In this document: positions 11,505-22,635 of the stretch, piece after piece | Numbering within the stretch: position 1 is the first letter of the stretch | How the letters are laid out: each line of letters starts with the position of its first letter | Source: Octopus sinensis | Lineage: Eukaryota | Length of the DNA: 34,012 nucleotides | Reading direction: 5' to 3' | Assembly (NCBI RefSeq): GCF_006345805.1 | Contig: NW_021831943.1 | Location: forward strand, 1-34,012 | The notes under the pieces: generated by a model | Told to the model about the DNA's origin: nothing | Database searches by the model: none | Seen by the model: the letters and a program-made list of their open reading frames with translations, nothing else | Made by a program: the position numbers and the translations under genes

Positions 11505-11704
11505 ATTTTAGAATATCGTTTCAGATACAAAAATCTTCCAGAAAAGGGAATAAGAAAAGTAAACCCGAAAATGTTTGGAAACCGATGTTTTAGAGTAAAT
11601 ATGCGTTGCCGCAAGTCTTCAGTCAGACGGGAAGCAAGTTTTGGCTTACCTTTCTTATTCCCTTTTCTGGAATGATTTTTGTATCTGACACGATATTCTA
11701 AAAT
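11505..11704. repeat. Inverted repeat: arms 11505-11565 and 11643-11704, 77-nt spacer
   Basis: ATTTTAGAATATCGTTTCAGATACAAAAATC-TTCCAGAAAAGGGAATAAGAAAAGTAAACC versus reverse complement ATTTTAGAATATCGTGTCAGATACAAAAATCATTCCAGAAAAGGGAATAAGAAAGGTAAGCC (3 substitutions, 1 indel). Confidence 0.93.
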
Positions 11705-11921
11705 ATCCCACGCACTATTATCCTGCAGTTTGTTGTCTGCTTGGTATTTCAATTTCATCATTTTAGTATCTGTTTTGAAATGGGTTGGCCTTCTATGCCT
11801 ACGTCTATTTTTTTCTCTCGTAGTAGTACATTTTTATTCTGATTCACTTCGTAGTTATTACGGATGGCTATTACAGCTTGCCATCTCTCGCTGTAGTTTC
11901 ACCTGATTTTTGTTCAGGATA

Positions 11922-12066
11922 GGACATGTTGTTCGAATGGAAGATGGTCGCATTCCAAAAATACTATTGTATGGCCAACAAGTAGGGGGATAGCGCGGTA
12001 AAGGAAGACTTGTCTTTAGGTATACGGTTAAGTAGAAGCAATCTCTGAAATCCCTACATTTCAACT
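11922..12066 (+). mobile_element. RTE-clade LINE ORF C-terminal remnant (degenerate)
   Basis: Translates GHVVRMEDGRIPKILLYGQQVGG*RGKGRLVFRYTVK*KQSLKSL, matching the RTE motif GHVxRMxDxRIPKxLLYG...GxRxxGRPxxR; two stops. Confidence 0.8.
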
Positions 12067-12209
12067 TAACAAATCATTTCCTAGATCGATCTGCATGTTG
12101 TAAAATGTGTCATGATGCATCAAAACAATTTGAGTTGAATAAACTGAACAATAAAAGAATTATATCATGCATTATATAATTATATAACAGACACATTATT
12201 TATATATAA

Positions 12210-12606
12210 CTAGCAGTATCACCCGGCGTTGCTCGGGTTTGTAAGGGAAATAACTATATAAGCATTTTTAGAGAGTTATAGCCAAAAAATAGCAAAAAAA
12301 TGCATTAAAAATGGAACAAAAATGATGGTAAATTTTTTTTTAAATCGTTGACTCATCGTAGACATTTTTAGAGAGTTACTTCCCTTATATAATAGCGAAA
12401 AAATGCATTAAAATGAAAACAAATGATGGTAATTTTTTTTTAAATCGTAGACTCATCGTAGACGCGCGCTAATACCCAGAAGGGCTCGATATGAATCACG
12501 ACTATAAGATACCCGCTTTTGGTTAAACTGCACCGCAAAATGTGGGAGTAGCTAGGAATCTAAATCGTAGGGGACAGACACACAACTTCACTTTTATATA
12601 TAAAGA
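12210..12606 (-). mobile_element. Non-autonomous Helitron
   Basis: Minus strand: host A | TC (TCTTTATATAT) ... hairpin CCCG-AGCAACGC-CGGG, 8-nt spacer, CTAG | host T: canonical Helitron termini and AT target. Internal ~100-bp direct duplication (about 12265-12360 and 12366-12462). Confidence 0.88.
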
Positions 12607-12839
12607 TAAATTACATAACAGACACATTTGTCCAATCTTAGGCACAATCAAACTCATCAGTGTCTTCATTGTGACTTCATGGCAAAATTCATACCTGGAC
12701 TCAAATTATTCGCGCATCCATCGCAAATAGATGCGGCTTCTTCTGTTCTTTCATTTTTAACAGTTTTCTCTTTTTCTCCCTTTTTTAAAAAAATCCTCTC
12801 CTTTAAATATTCATATGTCGGAATTGATGGGAGCGACCA

Positions 12840-12875
<36 letters not shown>

Positions 12876-13831
12876 GTTGTTGTTGTTGTGTTGTTGTTGT
12901 TGTTGTTGTTGTTGTTATTATCATCTTTCAATTCTGTTTCCATTTTTTGCCGAATGTTCTTCCTCTTCACATAGGGCAGACAAACGTATTGTATACATTG
13001 GTAGGCCATAAAAATATACGGACCAAAGGCATGTGACAGAGGAAAGGGGTGAAGAGAGACACAAATAAAACTATTGAATTATAAAATCGACTAACCCCGC
13101 CTTGTACCTATAGTAAAAGGGATTATTATTATTATTATTATCATTATTATTATTATTATTATTATAATTATTATTATTATTATTATTATTATTATCATTA
13201 TTATTAGTATTATTATTATTATTATCATTAAGGAATAATAAGAAGAGTGCGACTGTTATTGAATGAAGAATTTTTCGACACTTCGTGTGTTTTCTACAAG
13301 TTCAAAATAATCATCTTAATCGACTTCATTTTTGTTAATATTTAAGGATTGACGTTACTCCTCCCGAAGAAAGGAATAAGAACGTTATGCGAATTACTGC
13401 ACGGCAATTAAACGAACAAAACAGACGACTGTACTGGCACTTTATAATCAAAAGAGAGAAATTAGATGGAAATATGCGGAAAGAATGTGAAATGGCTGAC
13501 GATTAAGGGAGTGAAATAAGTTATGTATGTATGTGTAGAGGGGTGTGTTACTATGTTACGTGTGTGTGTGTGTGTGTGTGTAGCGTTTTAGTGTGTGGTT
13601 GGGAGTTTTGCAAAATAATTTAAGCACACTCATGACTGCATGTTTGGTATCGTATTTAAGTTACTAGTTTCTTTCCTGTAAACGTCTGCATATTTGCAGT
13701 CATAACTTTGAAAACATATAATCATCAAATAAACCAAAAGAACATTCTTTATCTAAATTCAACGTTTTTACAGGTTTTGAACGAGTTTTCTTTAACTTAT
13801 TGTTAATAAGTTAGCGTCATAAACACGGAGT

Positions 13832-14287
13832 GGATCTTTTCGGTTTGAATGGCAGTTTTTTCTAGCGGTGTCATATGAAATTGTCACCCATAATTATGAC
13901 CCTAGTATCGATCTATTGCATTTCAATCTATTTTAGGGTTAGGGTTAGAGTTAGGGTTAGTTAGGATTAGGGTTAGGGTTAGGGGTGGGGGGAAGGGTAT
14001 CTTTTTTTCTTTACAAATGTAAATAAACCCAATCTGTTTCTTAAACGAGGGACATATTCATACGGCACAGAATGTTTTCACCTAAAATAGACGTCATTGA
14101 TTGCTTGAAATTGCAGAGATTGAAGAAAAGAAAAAAAACAAATATCTTACAAACTATAGAATCTTTTCAATAAAGCCAAGAAAGAAAAAGATGTTTTATA
14201 AACACATTCTACCAGTATACGAAGTTTAAAAGTGTTTAGTTACGTGGTCATTATTTTAAAAAACTGTCATTCAAACCGAAAAGATCT
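13832..14287. mobile_element. MITE-like TIR element with internal telomeric (TTAGGG)n, copy 1
   Basis: ~29-bp TIRs GGATCTTTTCGGTTTGAATGGCAGTTTTT / AAAAACTGTCATTCAAACCGAAAAGATCT; TTAGGG tract 13933-13984; an inverted second copy at 31018-31444. Confidence 0.9.
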
Positions 14288-14289
14288 AC

Positions 14290-14505
14290 ACGAGGTTTCT
14301 GTTTTCTTCCCCCTGAGTGGCACTTTGGTTAAACCTATTTTACATATTCCCGAACTGATCATTGCTTTATGAGTGAATTTGATTGCCAGAAACTATGGGG
14401 AAGCCCGTCATATGTGTGTATGTATATTTGGATGTGCGTGTGCATCTCATTGTGCTTGTATCCTACCGGAGCTGTTTTGTTTAAGTCTCTGTAACCTAGC
14501 AGTTC
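14290..14505 (+). mobile_element. Old family A SINE segment (host of nested insertions)
   Basis: CCCCCTGAGTGGCACTTTGG...TTATGAGTGAATTTG...GAAACT...GAAGCCCGTC...GTAACCTAGCAGTTC is a diverged match to the family A middle; its 3' part resumes at 14763. Confidence 0.55.
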
Positions 14506-14510
14506 TGCTG

Positions 14511-14762
14511 TGGAGGTACGAGGCTTGGAGGTTTGGGTATTCGATTCATGATTGTAAGATTGTGGTTTCGATTCCTAGACCGGGCGACGCGTTGTGTTCT
14601 TGAGCAAAACACTTCGTTTAACGTTACTCCAGTCCACTCAGCTGGCAAAACTGAGTAATTCTGCGACGGATCGGCGGCCCGTCAAAGTAGGGTATATATA
14701 CGCCATGTAATTAAGAAACCGGCCCTTGTGAGTCGACGGGACTCGAGAAGGTAACTTTACTT
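14511..14762 (+). mobile_element. tRNA-derived SINE family D (CORE-like plus Meta-like domain)
   Basis: Head with GGTTTCGATTCC B-box-like motif, GTTGTGTTCTTGAGCAAAACACTT (CORE-like), CTGCGACGGATCGGCGGCCCGTC (resembles the Meta-SINE domain, from memory), end GAGAAGGTAACTTTACTT. Confidence 0.7.
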
Positions 14763-14904
14763 CAGCGGTTCGGCTCAACCGATCGATGTAAGAAGTAATT
14801 TGACTACAAAAAATAAGTACTCGGATCAATTTGATTGAGCAAGCCTTTTATGGCAATGCCACAAAATGGTTGTAGTCCAATGACAGAATTATGTAAAAGA
14901 ACAA

Positions 14905-15215
14905 GGCGACGCGTTGTGCTCTTGAGCAAAACACTTCGTTTCACTCAGCTGGCAAAAATCAATAATCCTGCAACGGATCGGCGCCCCGTGTAAGTAAGTA
15001 AGGAATATATACGCCATGTAACCAAGAAATCGGATCTTGTGAGTCGACGTGACTCACGAAGGTAACTTTACTTTAGCGGTTCGGCTCAATTGACCGATCG
15101 ATGTAAGAAGTAATCTGACTTCAAAAAATAAGTACTTGGGTCGATTTGATTGAACAAGCCCTTTATGACAATGCCACAAAATGGCTGTAGTCCAATGACA
15201 GAAACAGGTAGAAGA
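14905..15215 (+). repeat. Tandem duplicate of 14583-14902 (D body plus A 3' end)
   Basis: The same order of motifs GGCGACGCGTTGTG ... GCCATGTAA ... AAGGTAACTTTACTT ... GCGGTTCGGCTCAA ... GTAGTCCAATGACAGAA is repeated head-to-tail. Confidence 0.9.
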
Positions 15216-15724
15216 ATAATAGAATATCAACTGTGTTTTCTGTCCAAAGGAAACGCACTGTGAAATACAAACTAATAGAAACATGTTGTAACTTGTTATT
15301 TATCAATAACGTAGTATAATAGAAAACATCGAGTTAGTTTCACCGTCCAGATCGATCTCATGTTGGTCACTCAGGATATCTGTACGCCTCGCAATGAGTC
15401 ATATAAACTTAATGTTGATCTTGTATAAGGAGAGACTAGTGGCTATTCAAAATCCAATAGTTTAATGCTTGGATACTTCTTTCACACAGATTTATGGCAT
15501 CAAATTTCTTTAAAACTCATTTGAACGTCGTAGAGAAGCGATTTGGCTTTATAAGTTTAAATTTGAAGATATAGCAAAAGAATAGTCTGTAGCAAAAGAA
15601 TAGATTTGTTAGATCTCTCTACTTTACAAAGTAGAATTTCTACTTCTGTTCATTTACTTCTCCGACATGACGTCTCGATATCATTGCGTTTATGCTTTAT
15701 TATAGTGAATAATATTCTGACTGT

Positions 15725-16122
15725 GGAGACGCAATGGCCCAGTGGTTAGGGCAGCGGATTCGCGGTCATAGGATCGCGGTTTCGATTCCCAGACCGGGCG
15801 TTGTGAGTGTTTATTGAGCGAAAACACATAAAAAAGCTCCACGAGGCTCCGGCGGGGGATGGTGGTGATCCCTGCTGTACTCTTTCACCACAACTTCTCT
15901 CACTCTTACTTCCTGTTTCTGTTGTACCTGTATTTGAAAGGGCCGGCCTTGTCACTCTCTGTGTCACGCTGAATATCCCCGAGAACTACGTTAAGGGTAC
16001 ACGTGTCTGTGGAGTGCTCAGCCACTTACACGTTAATTTCACGAGTAGGCTGTTCCGTTGATTCGGATCAACCGGAACCCTCATCGTTGTAACCGACGGA
16101 GTGCTTCTAAAAAAAAAAAAAA
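15725..16122 (+). mobile_element. tRNA-derived SINE family C, full length with poly(A) and TSD
   Basis: A-box TGGCCCAGTGG (15735-15745), B-box-like GGTTTCGATTCC (15778-15789), A-tail 16109-16123, 11-bp TSD ATTCTGACTGT at 15714-15724 and 16123-16133. Confidence 0.93.
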
Positions 16123-17237
16123 ATTCTGACTGTAATGTATCAACAATGAATTATGCAACCAGAACAGCAGTTTATACAGTTAGCAAAACTGATGAAAACG
16201 TGCAATATCTTTATTGATTTTTATGAACTGATTCTTCTTCTCCAGGTGTTAAGATAAAATAAAAATTTACATACGAAATTTAAAAAAAAAAAAACAAGAA
16301 TAAAAGTTATAAAACCATGTTGGAAATATATTTATCCTGATCAGTTTTTATTAATTCAAATATTTTGGAGAGTTATGCTGAGAGGAAAAACAAACAAGTT
16401 GCGTGTGCCGTAAATTATGCATTAGCAGGAAATTGAATATACCTCGAGAAAACTAAGGAGAACGTTTATCGATTTGATAATATTACTGATACTTAACACT
16501 CTTTATATGACGTAGAACAATTATATATTTGCGTGTGTAAAGTAATGGACCTAGAGAAAATATTAAACCAGGTTGTTAGGTGGGATTGTTTTTTTTTTTT
16601 TTGGTCTACTAATGATAATATTATGTTTTGGTTTATATTGGGTTTTATATATCATTAATTTAGAAAATGAGACCACATGTATTAATTGAAAGCTTGACAC
16701 TGAGAACCAATTTATATTAGATATGTTTTTTGTTTTTTTATTTTGTTTTGTTTATCGTTTTTTTTATCATATTCAAATCGACTTGTGCATGAGTTTTAGC
16801 AATCAGAGAAAGTGGAAATGAGAGAAAAGACAAACGAGAAGAACGACGAGCTATTGGCAGGATGAAATTCACAATTTAATGGCCGAAAAGAGAGCTATTA
16901 CATACGTTATTACATCTGCATTGTAATTGAATGATAGGCATTGTTGCCAAGTAGCGTTCATTAAAAGTTTTAATTTTCTAAATGTCACAAAGTGAAACTT
17001 GAAAATACTTAAAATCACTTTTCAGAAGAGTATACCAGTATATAACTTTGAAAATAGTTGCTTCAAATCAATTCCTTTACAAAGATAAGTTTCAAACACC
17101 ACTGGAGCCGTCTGTTGTGAATTGTTTGTTCACCATTTGCAGCTTTTATGGAATTACAGCTTATGCCTTGACGTTGTCCACCAAAATGTTCTTTACTCTC
17201 TGTTGTGCTTTCCTCCACAATTTTAATCGTAACGTAT

Positions 17238-17835
17238 TCTTATTTCTTTATGGCAAACAAGGAGCTAAACATAGAAGGGACAAACAGGGACAGGCAAACA
17301 GATTAAGTCGATTACATCGACCCCAGCGCGTAACTGGTACTTAATATATCGACCCCGAAAGGATGAAAAGCAAAGTTGACCTCGGTAGAATTTGAACTCA
17401 GATCGTAACGGCAGACGAAATACCTATTTCTTTACTACCCACAGGGGGCTGCACACAGAGGGGACAAACAAGGACAGACAAACGGATTAAGTCGATTATA
17501 ACGACCCCAGTGCGTAACTGATGCTTAATTTATCGACCCCGAAAGAATGAAAGGCATCGTCGACCTCGGTGGAATTTGAACCCAGAACATAACGGCAGAC
17601 AAAATACCTATTTCTTTACTGCCCACAAGGGGCTAAACACAGAGGGGAAAAACAAGGACAAACACAGGGATTAAGTCGATTACATCGACCCCTGTGCGTA
17701 ACTGGTACTTAATTTATCGACCCCGAAAGGATGAAAAGCAAAGTAGACCTCGGTGGAATTAGAACTCAGAACGTAACAGCAGACGAAATAACTTTTCCGC
17801 CCGGCGTGCTAACGTTTCTGCTATCTCAACGCCTT
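17238..17835 (-). mobile_element. SINE family B, tandem trimer (~184-bp units plus one head)
   Basis: Three collinear units (boundaries near 17424 and 17608) containing GAGTTCAAATTC...GTCGAC..TGCCTTTCATCCTTTCGGGGTCGATAAATTAAGTACCAG; a single head at 17790-17835. Confidence 0.92.
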
Positions 17836-18641
17836 CAATCGTAATGTATTCTAATTAATGAAGTGAATACATTTTATGTATACAAAAATTTCAGCAAACC
17901 TTTTTTTTAATAATTTGCTTACTTCTCTCCTTTATTTGCGTGTCTTATATCTAAAAACATCTGAATGTCACTAAACCATGGCTAAAATAAAACTTTTCAG
18001 AAATCCCTTCAGCGATCTTCTGAAGCTTGCTTTAACGTATATTACAATCGTTATTTTTTCATTTTCTGTTCGATTGTTGATGTTGTTAACATTTAGCTGA
18101 GTTAAACACTTACGATTTAAACCATCCTAACTGTTCCAATTTTATTTATTCAGATACAAGATACACAGATCCCAGTTAGATTGGTTGACCACGAGTTTTC
18201 TGCCTTGAATAAATGTACATAGACAAATGCAAGAGCAAATCCAAAAGAATATTCGGATACGTGAAAAAACCTGCCAAACCTATACAACTACGATCCGTTG
18301 GAAAACCTATATGCAGCTGCTAGATCTGTTGCAAAGTGAAATGAAAATCTTCGTTAATTCACACCCCGTCAGCTTAAAAAGGAGAAGTACAAATATAAAG
18401 TAAAAGTAGTTTAAAGTACATTAATTTGAGGTACATTTGAAATGCATTTGAAATATCTGTATTTCCCGTAATACAGACAATTCCTTTGAGTGAACACTTA
18501 GAGAGATGTGCAACCAAACTTCATAGTTTTCACCATTTATTAGTACAAAGAAACAATTTCTATACAAATAAATAAAGAAAATTTGTTCATCAAAAAATAT
18601 AGAACACGTCTAAATATGAACGCATAACCGACTATATATAT

Positions 18642-18701
<60 letters not shown>

Positions 18702-18794
18702 TTTTTGCATTACAACAATCACGTGAGGATAATCGAAATTTCTACCTTTGTAAGATATAAAGATCCTTTCTAATGATATATACTGTACAGCACA

Positions 18795-18900
18795 TTTCCT
18801 GGTTTCTGTCGTAGGATTACCCATTTTAGCCAGCTGAGTGGATTGGAGCAATGTGGAATGAAGTGTTTTTCTCAAGAACCACGCTTCACACGGTCGAAAC
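18795..18900 (-). mobile_element. Family D SINE fragment
   Basis: Reverse complement GCGTGGTTCTTGAGAAAAACACTTCATTCCACATTGCTCCAATCCACTCAGCTGGCTAAAATGGGTAATCC matches 14589-14665. Confidence 0.75.
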
Positions 18901-19284
18901 ATAATCTTACTATGACGACCTCCTCTCTCTCTCTCATCTCTCTCTCATCTCCTTCATCTCTCTCCTCTCCCTACCTCTCCTCTCTCCTCTCCTCGCACTT
19001 CCTCTCTCTCTCTCTCTTCTCGTCCTCTCTCTGTATATATATTATATATAGTTGAAACAGTCCTGTCACAACCTGGGATATTGAAGACTGCTTTAATGCA
19101 AGAAAGTATACTAGTCCCTTAATATTTTATATTCAATATTTCAATCTATTCATAGACATCAATATTTCATTTCATTTTACTATATTATATTATTTATATA
19201 CATATATCATATATTCTACATTAATATTATAAAGAATATAAATAAAACATAAAAAAACAGACAGAGTTAGAATTTCTGTGAATA

Positions 19285-20460
19285 AATCTTGGCATAGTTG
19301 GAAAATTGGGAGAGTGGCTTCATGACTTTCTGAAGGATAGAAGTCAGGTAGTAGTAGCCAATGGGGCCACTTCCACTAACACGCAAATAGTGAGCGGTGT
19401 TCCGCAAGGCACTGTTTTGGGACCACTACTGTTCATAATGGCCCTCTCAGACATGCCCTCAGCCACGCAGAGAGCCACGATCACAAGTTATGCAGATGAT
19501 ACAAAAGTTTCACAGGCAATACAAAACCCTGAAGACACTAAGCACCTGCAATGTGAGCTGGACAAAATATACAAGTGGGCTGAAAAGAATAACATGCAGT
19601 TCAATGCTGAAAAGTTTCAAGCTCTATGCTATCAGCACGCAAAACTAAATGCAATACACAATAAATACACTGGACCTGGAGGGACTGCAATCCCAGAGGC
19701 ACAATCAGTGCGAGACTTGGGTATTTACATGAGTGATGATGCAACTTTCATGTGCATGGTGCTAAATTGGCAATGAAATGTAGGCGGCTGACCGGATGGA
19801 TTCTTAGAACCTTCAGAACAAGAGACCAGGAAACCATGATGGTCCTCTGGAGGACACTTGTCCTAAGCCACTTTGACTATTGCTCTCAGCTATGGTCACC
19901 ATCTAGTGTCAAGTTAATCACAGAACTTGAGGCGATCCAACGAAGCTACACGAAGAAGATAGCCTCTGTGCAGCATATAAGCTATTGGGAAAGACTCAAG
20001 AGATTGAGACTATTCCTTAGAGCGTAGGCGAGAAAGGTATGCCATAATATACATCTGGAAGATCCTAGAAGGACTTGTCCCAAACTTTGGCATCGAGAGT
20101 TACACAAATGCCAGAACTGGGCGCCACTGCATAATGCTAAGGACTCCAAATTTGCCATCAAGATGTAGGACAAGATACTGTGATAGCCTGGACTTCCGAG
20201 GCCCACAGCTCTTCAATATCCTCCCGAAGAACCTAAGAGACCTGCATGGGGTGGATGCAGATGTCTTTAAAATGAAACTGGATCTCTTCTTGTCAGGTAT
20301 CCTGCAGGAGGTGCAGATGAGGGCAGCTGCATCGAACTCTCTCATGCACCAAATGGCAATTGCTAAAAAGCATTCGTGAAGTAAAATCATGTAGCAACAC
20401 CAAATGGCGGTGCCCCAGCATGGCCACAGCTTGTGAGCTGAAACTAGATAAATAAATAAA
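19285..20460 (+). mobile_element. 5'-truncated CR1-group LINE: reverse transcriptase C-terminal half (2 frameshifts) plus 3' UTR
   Basis: SGVPQGTVLGPLLF and YADDTK (YADD at 19489-19500), WAEKNNMQFNAEKF, VRDLGI, LVLSHFDYCSQLWSP, ELEAIQRSYTK, SYWERLKRL/SLERRRERY, PQLFNILPKNLR; frameshifts near 19749 and 20015, stop 20377-20379, (ATAA)n tail. Confidence 0.96.
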
Positions 20461-20589
20461 AAATATATATACATACACACATATACACGCACACAAGAAG
20501 GGGAATGATCTTAATATCTATTTCGTTCGGAACCAAAATATATTTACATACGTAATGTTTGCCACCAGCAGACTTAAAGAGACGCTTAC

Positions 20590-22560
20590 TGTAATGAATG
20601 CTTCTCTTGGAATTGAATTTTGATTTAATTCCAACAAAATCTCTTCCAAGTTGGCACAAATATGTTTTTCTACAATTCCTGTATATCACAATCTACATTC
20701 CTAAATTGTATGATAAAATGTCATGAAAAAAAAATTCTCCAATTATATTAATTGGGAAGCATAGTCCTCTACACCCACATACATCCTTATTCCATCAGTT
20801 CTTATTGTATGTGATGCATCTTCATACCAAGTCTATGACATGTTTCGGAGGGAGTCTAAAAAAATAGATTTATATAGTTTTATTTTTTATCCAATTATTG
20901 AAATATGTTGACATTATTATTCTTTCCTTTGTATTTATCTTTGTATGTTTTTCTTCTAATTATTGCATTACGCTTTGGGATATTTAAATATTGTAGAAAT
21001 ATTTCTTTTCTAAATACATTATTGAAAGAATTCTTTTTTTTTTAAAAGATCCTATTCTATTTCATTCCAACAATAGTGAATACCATTTGTTTTGTTTTGA
21101 ATTTAACGTTTTGTTTTATTTCTTTTATAATTCTTTTGTTATCCTTATTAAATGTTGTCTGGAGGATATCTGCTTTGATGACATCTAAAATGATGGTTTA
21201 ACAAAACAGCTACAACAAATAATTTTATTCTTTTTTCTGATATCATATTTACATCAGACTGTAAAAAAATATATTGCACTGCACATGTATTAGCATCAAA
21301 TTTCTCGACCATTCCATTACAGGTTTTGACACGAACAAGCTTTTAGTGAAGTGCAGTTTTTTTCACATATCATTTTCTCTCGTAATCTGACTTATGCGTA
21401 CATTCACATGTAAAATTCCCCACATATATATGCAGGCTCATATGCATATAGTCGAATAATAATAATAAAAATATAAAAATAACATTGGGGAAAATTTTAC
21501 GTCAATTAGTAAAATATTTACTTTTGTTCTCGTATCTTCTTTTGTGTTTATATTATACATTTCGATAATAAGAAATATTTTCTCTTTATACTTGTCACTT
21601 GCCAACATTAATAACTAATCCAGTGACTTTTAATTGATTTCAAAGAATTGTTATCTCGTTTATGTTGAAATAAAAACAATAACTTTCTGACAGATATTTG
21701 AGATGAAGCTTTCTGTAACAGATACGTAGACTGTACAATAGAACTGAAGATTCTATTACCAGCTCTTTAATATTTGTAGTAGAAAGTTCTAAATTAAGAA
21801 TTGGGAATATGCTATAAGCACATATTTGGCAATATCACTTAGAACATTTCATAATTGCATTCAATTTGGAAGATTCTTGAAGTAAACCTGTGTTTAGATA
21901 TATTTTGTTATATCTTAGGAGGGTCATTATGCTTATCGTAATAACACGCACTGGTTCTGTTGCTATATAAATTATTTGTCATTCGGTTAATTAGCTAACT
22001 GATTAACTATTCAATTGATTGATTAACCGGCCAATCAAACAATCCGCTAGGTTTACCAAACGTTTTTCTTCGCCAGAGGTGATGTCATTAATGATATACC
22101 CTCTCTATTTAAGGTCTTCTTCAGCTCTATCTGTCAGAATAAATTTCTGGAAATCGCTGTTATATTATTGTCCTTGACTTCTTTTAATATTTTCAGATTG
22201 TTCCAATTTTGGCACACAGATTTCAAAGCGTCCAGTCTATTATATCGAAACCTATACTCAGTTTGCTATATTTTTACCCCCGATATCTAATTGCCAAAAG
22301 GTTAATATTCCATTTGGCGTGAAATGGTGTGCATTTGTCGTTCGTTCCTAAAAAAATTTTTAACTCATTTCCAAATATAAAGGGAGCTTTCCTAATATTA
22401 ATTTTGAAAGGATTTCTTCAGCTTTCTGTAACAATATGATATACATATGAAAAGCCAACGAATCAGATTCTGCAGGATCAATCATTCGACCTGCTTAATG
22501 TGTCGATCAAATTTTCCGCAAATGATATACTAAAATCTTAATATAAGCAGACATTGTTTA

Positions 22561-22635
<75 letters not shown>

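Noticed and set aside
13823-14296. Possible 9-bp TSD of the TIR element (ACACGGAGT / ACACGAGGT)
   Set aside because: Imperfect, and the second copy shows no equivalent duplication.
15725-15800. tRNA gene
   Set aside because: A/B boxes are present but run into a SINE body with poly(A) and TSD; no complete cloverleaf.
16845-16900. YWQDEIHNLMAEKRA, reminiscent of a LINE ORF2 linker
   Set aside because: Too short to support without a search.
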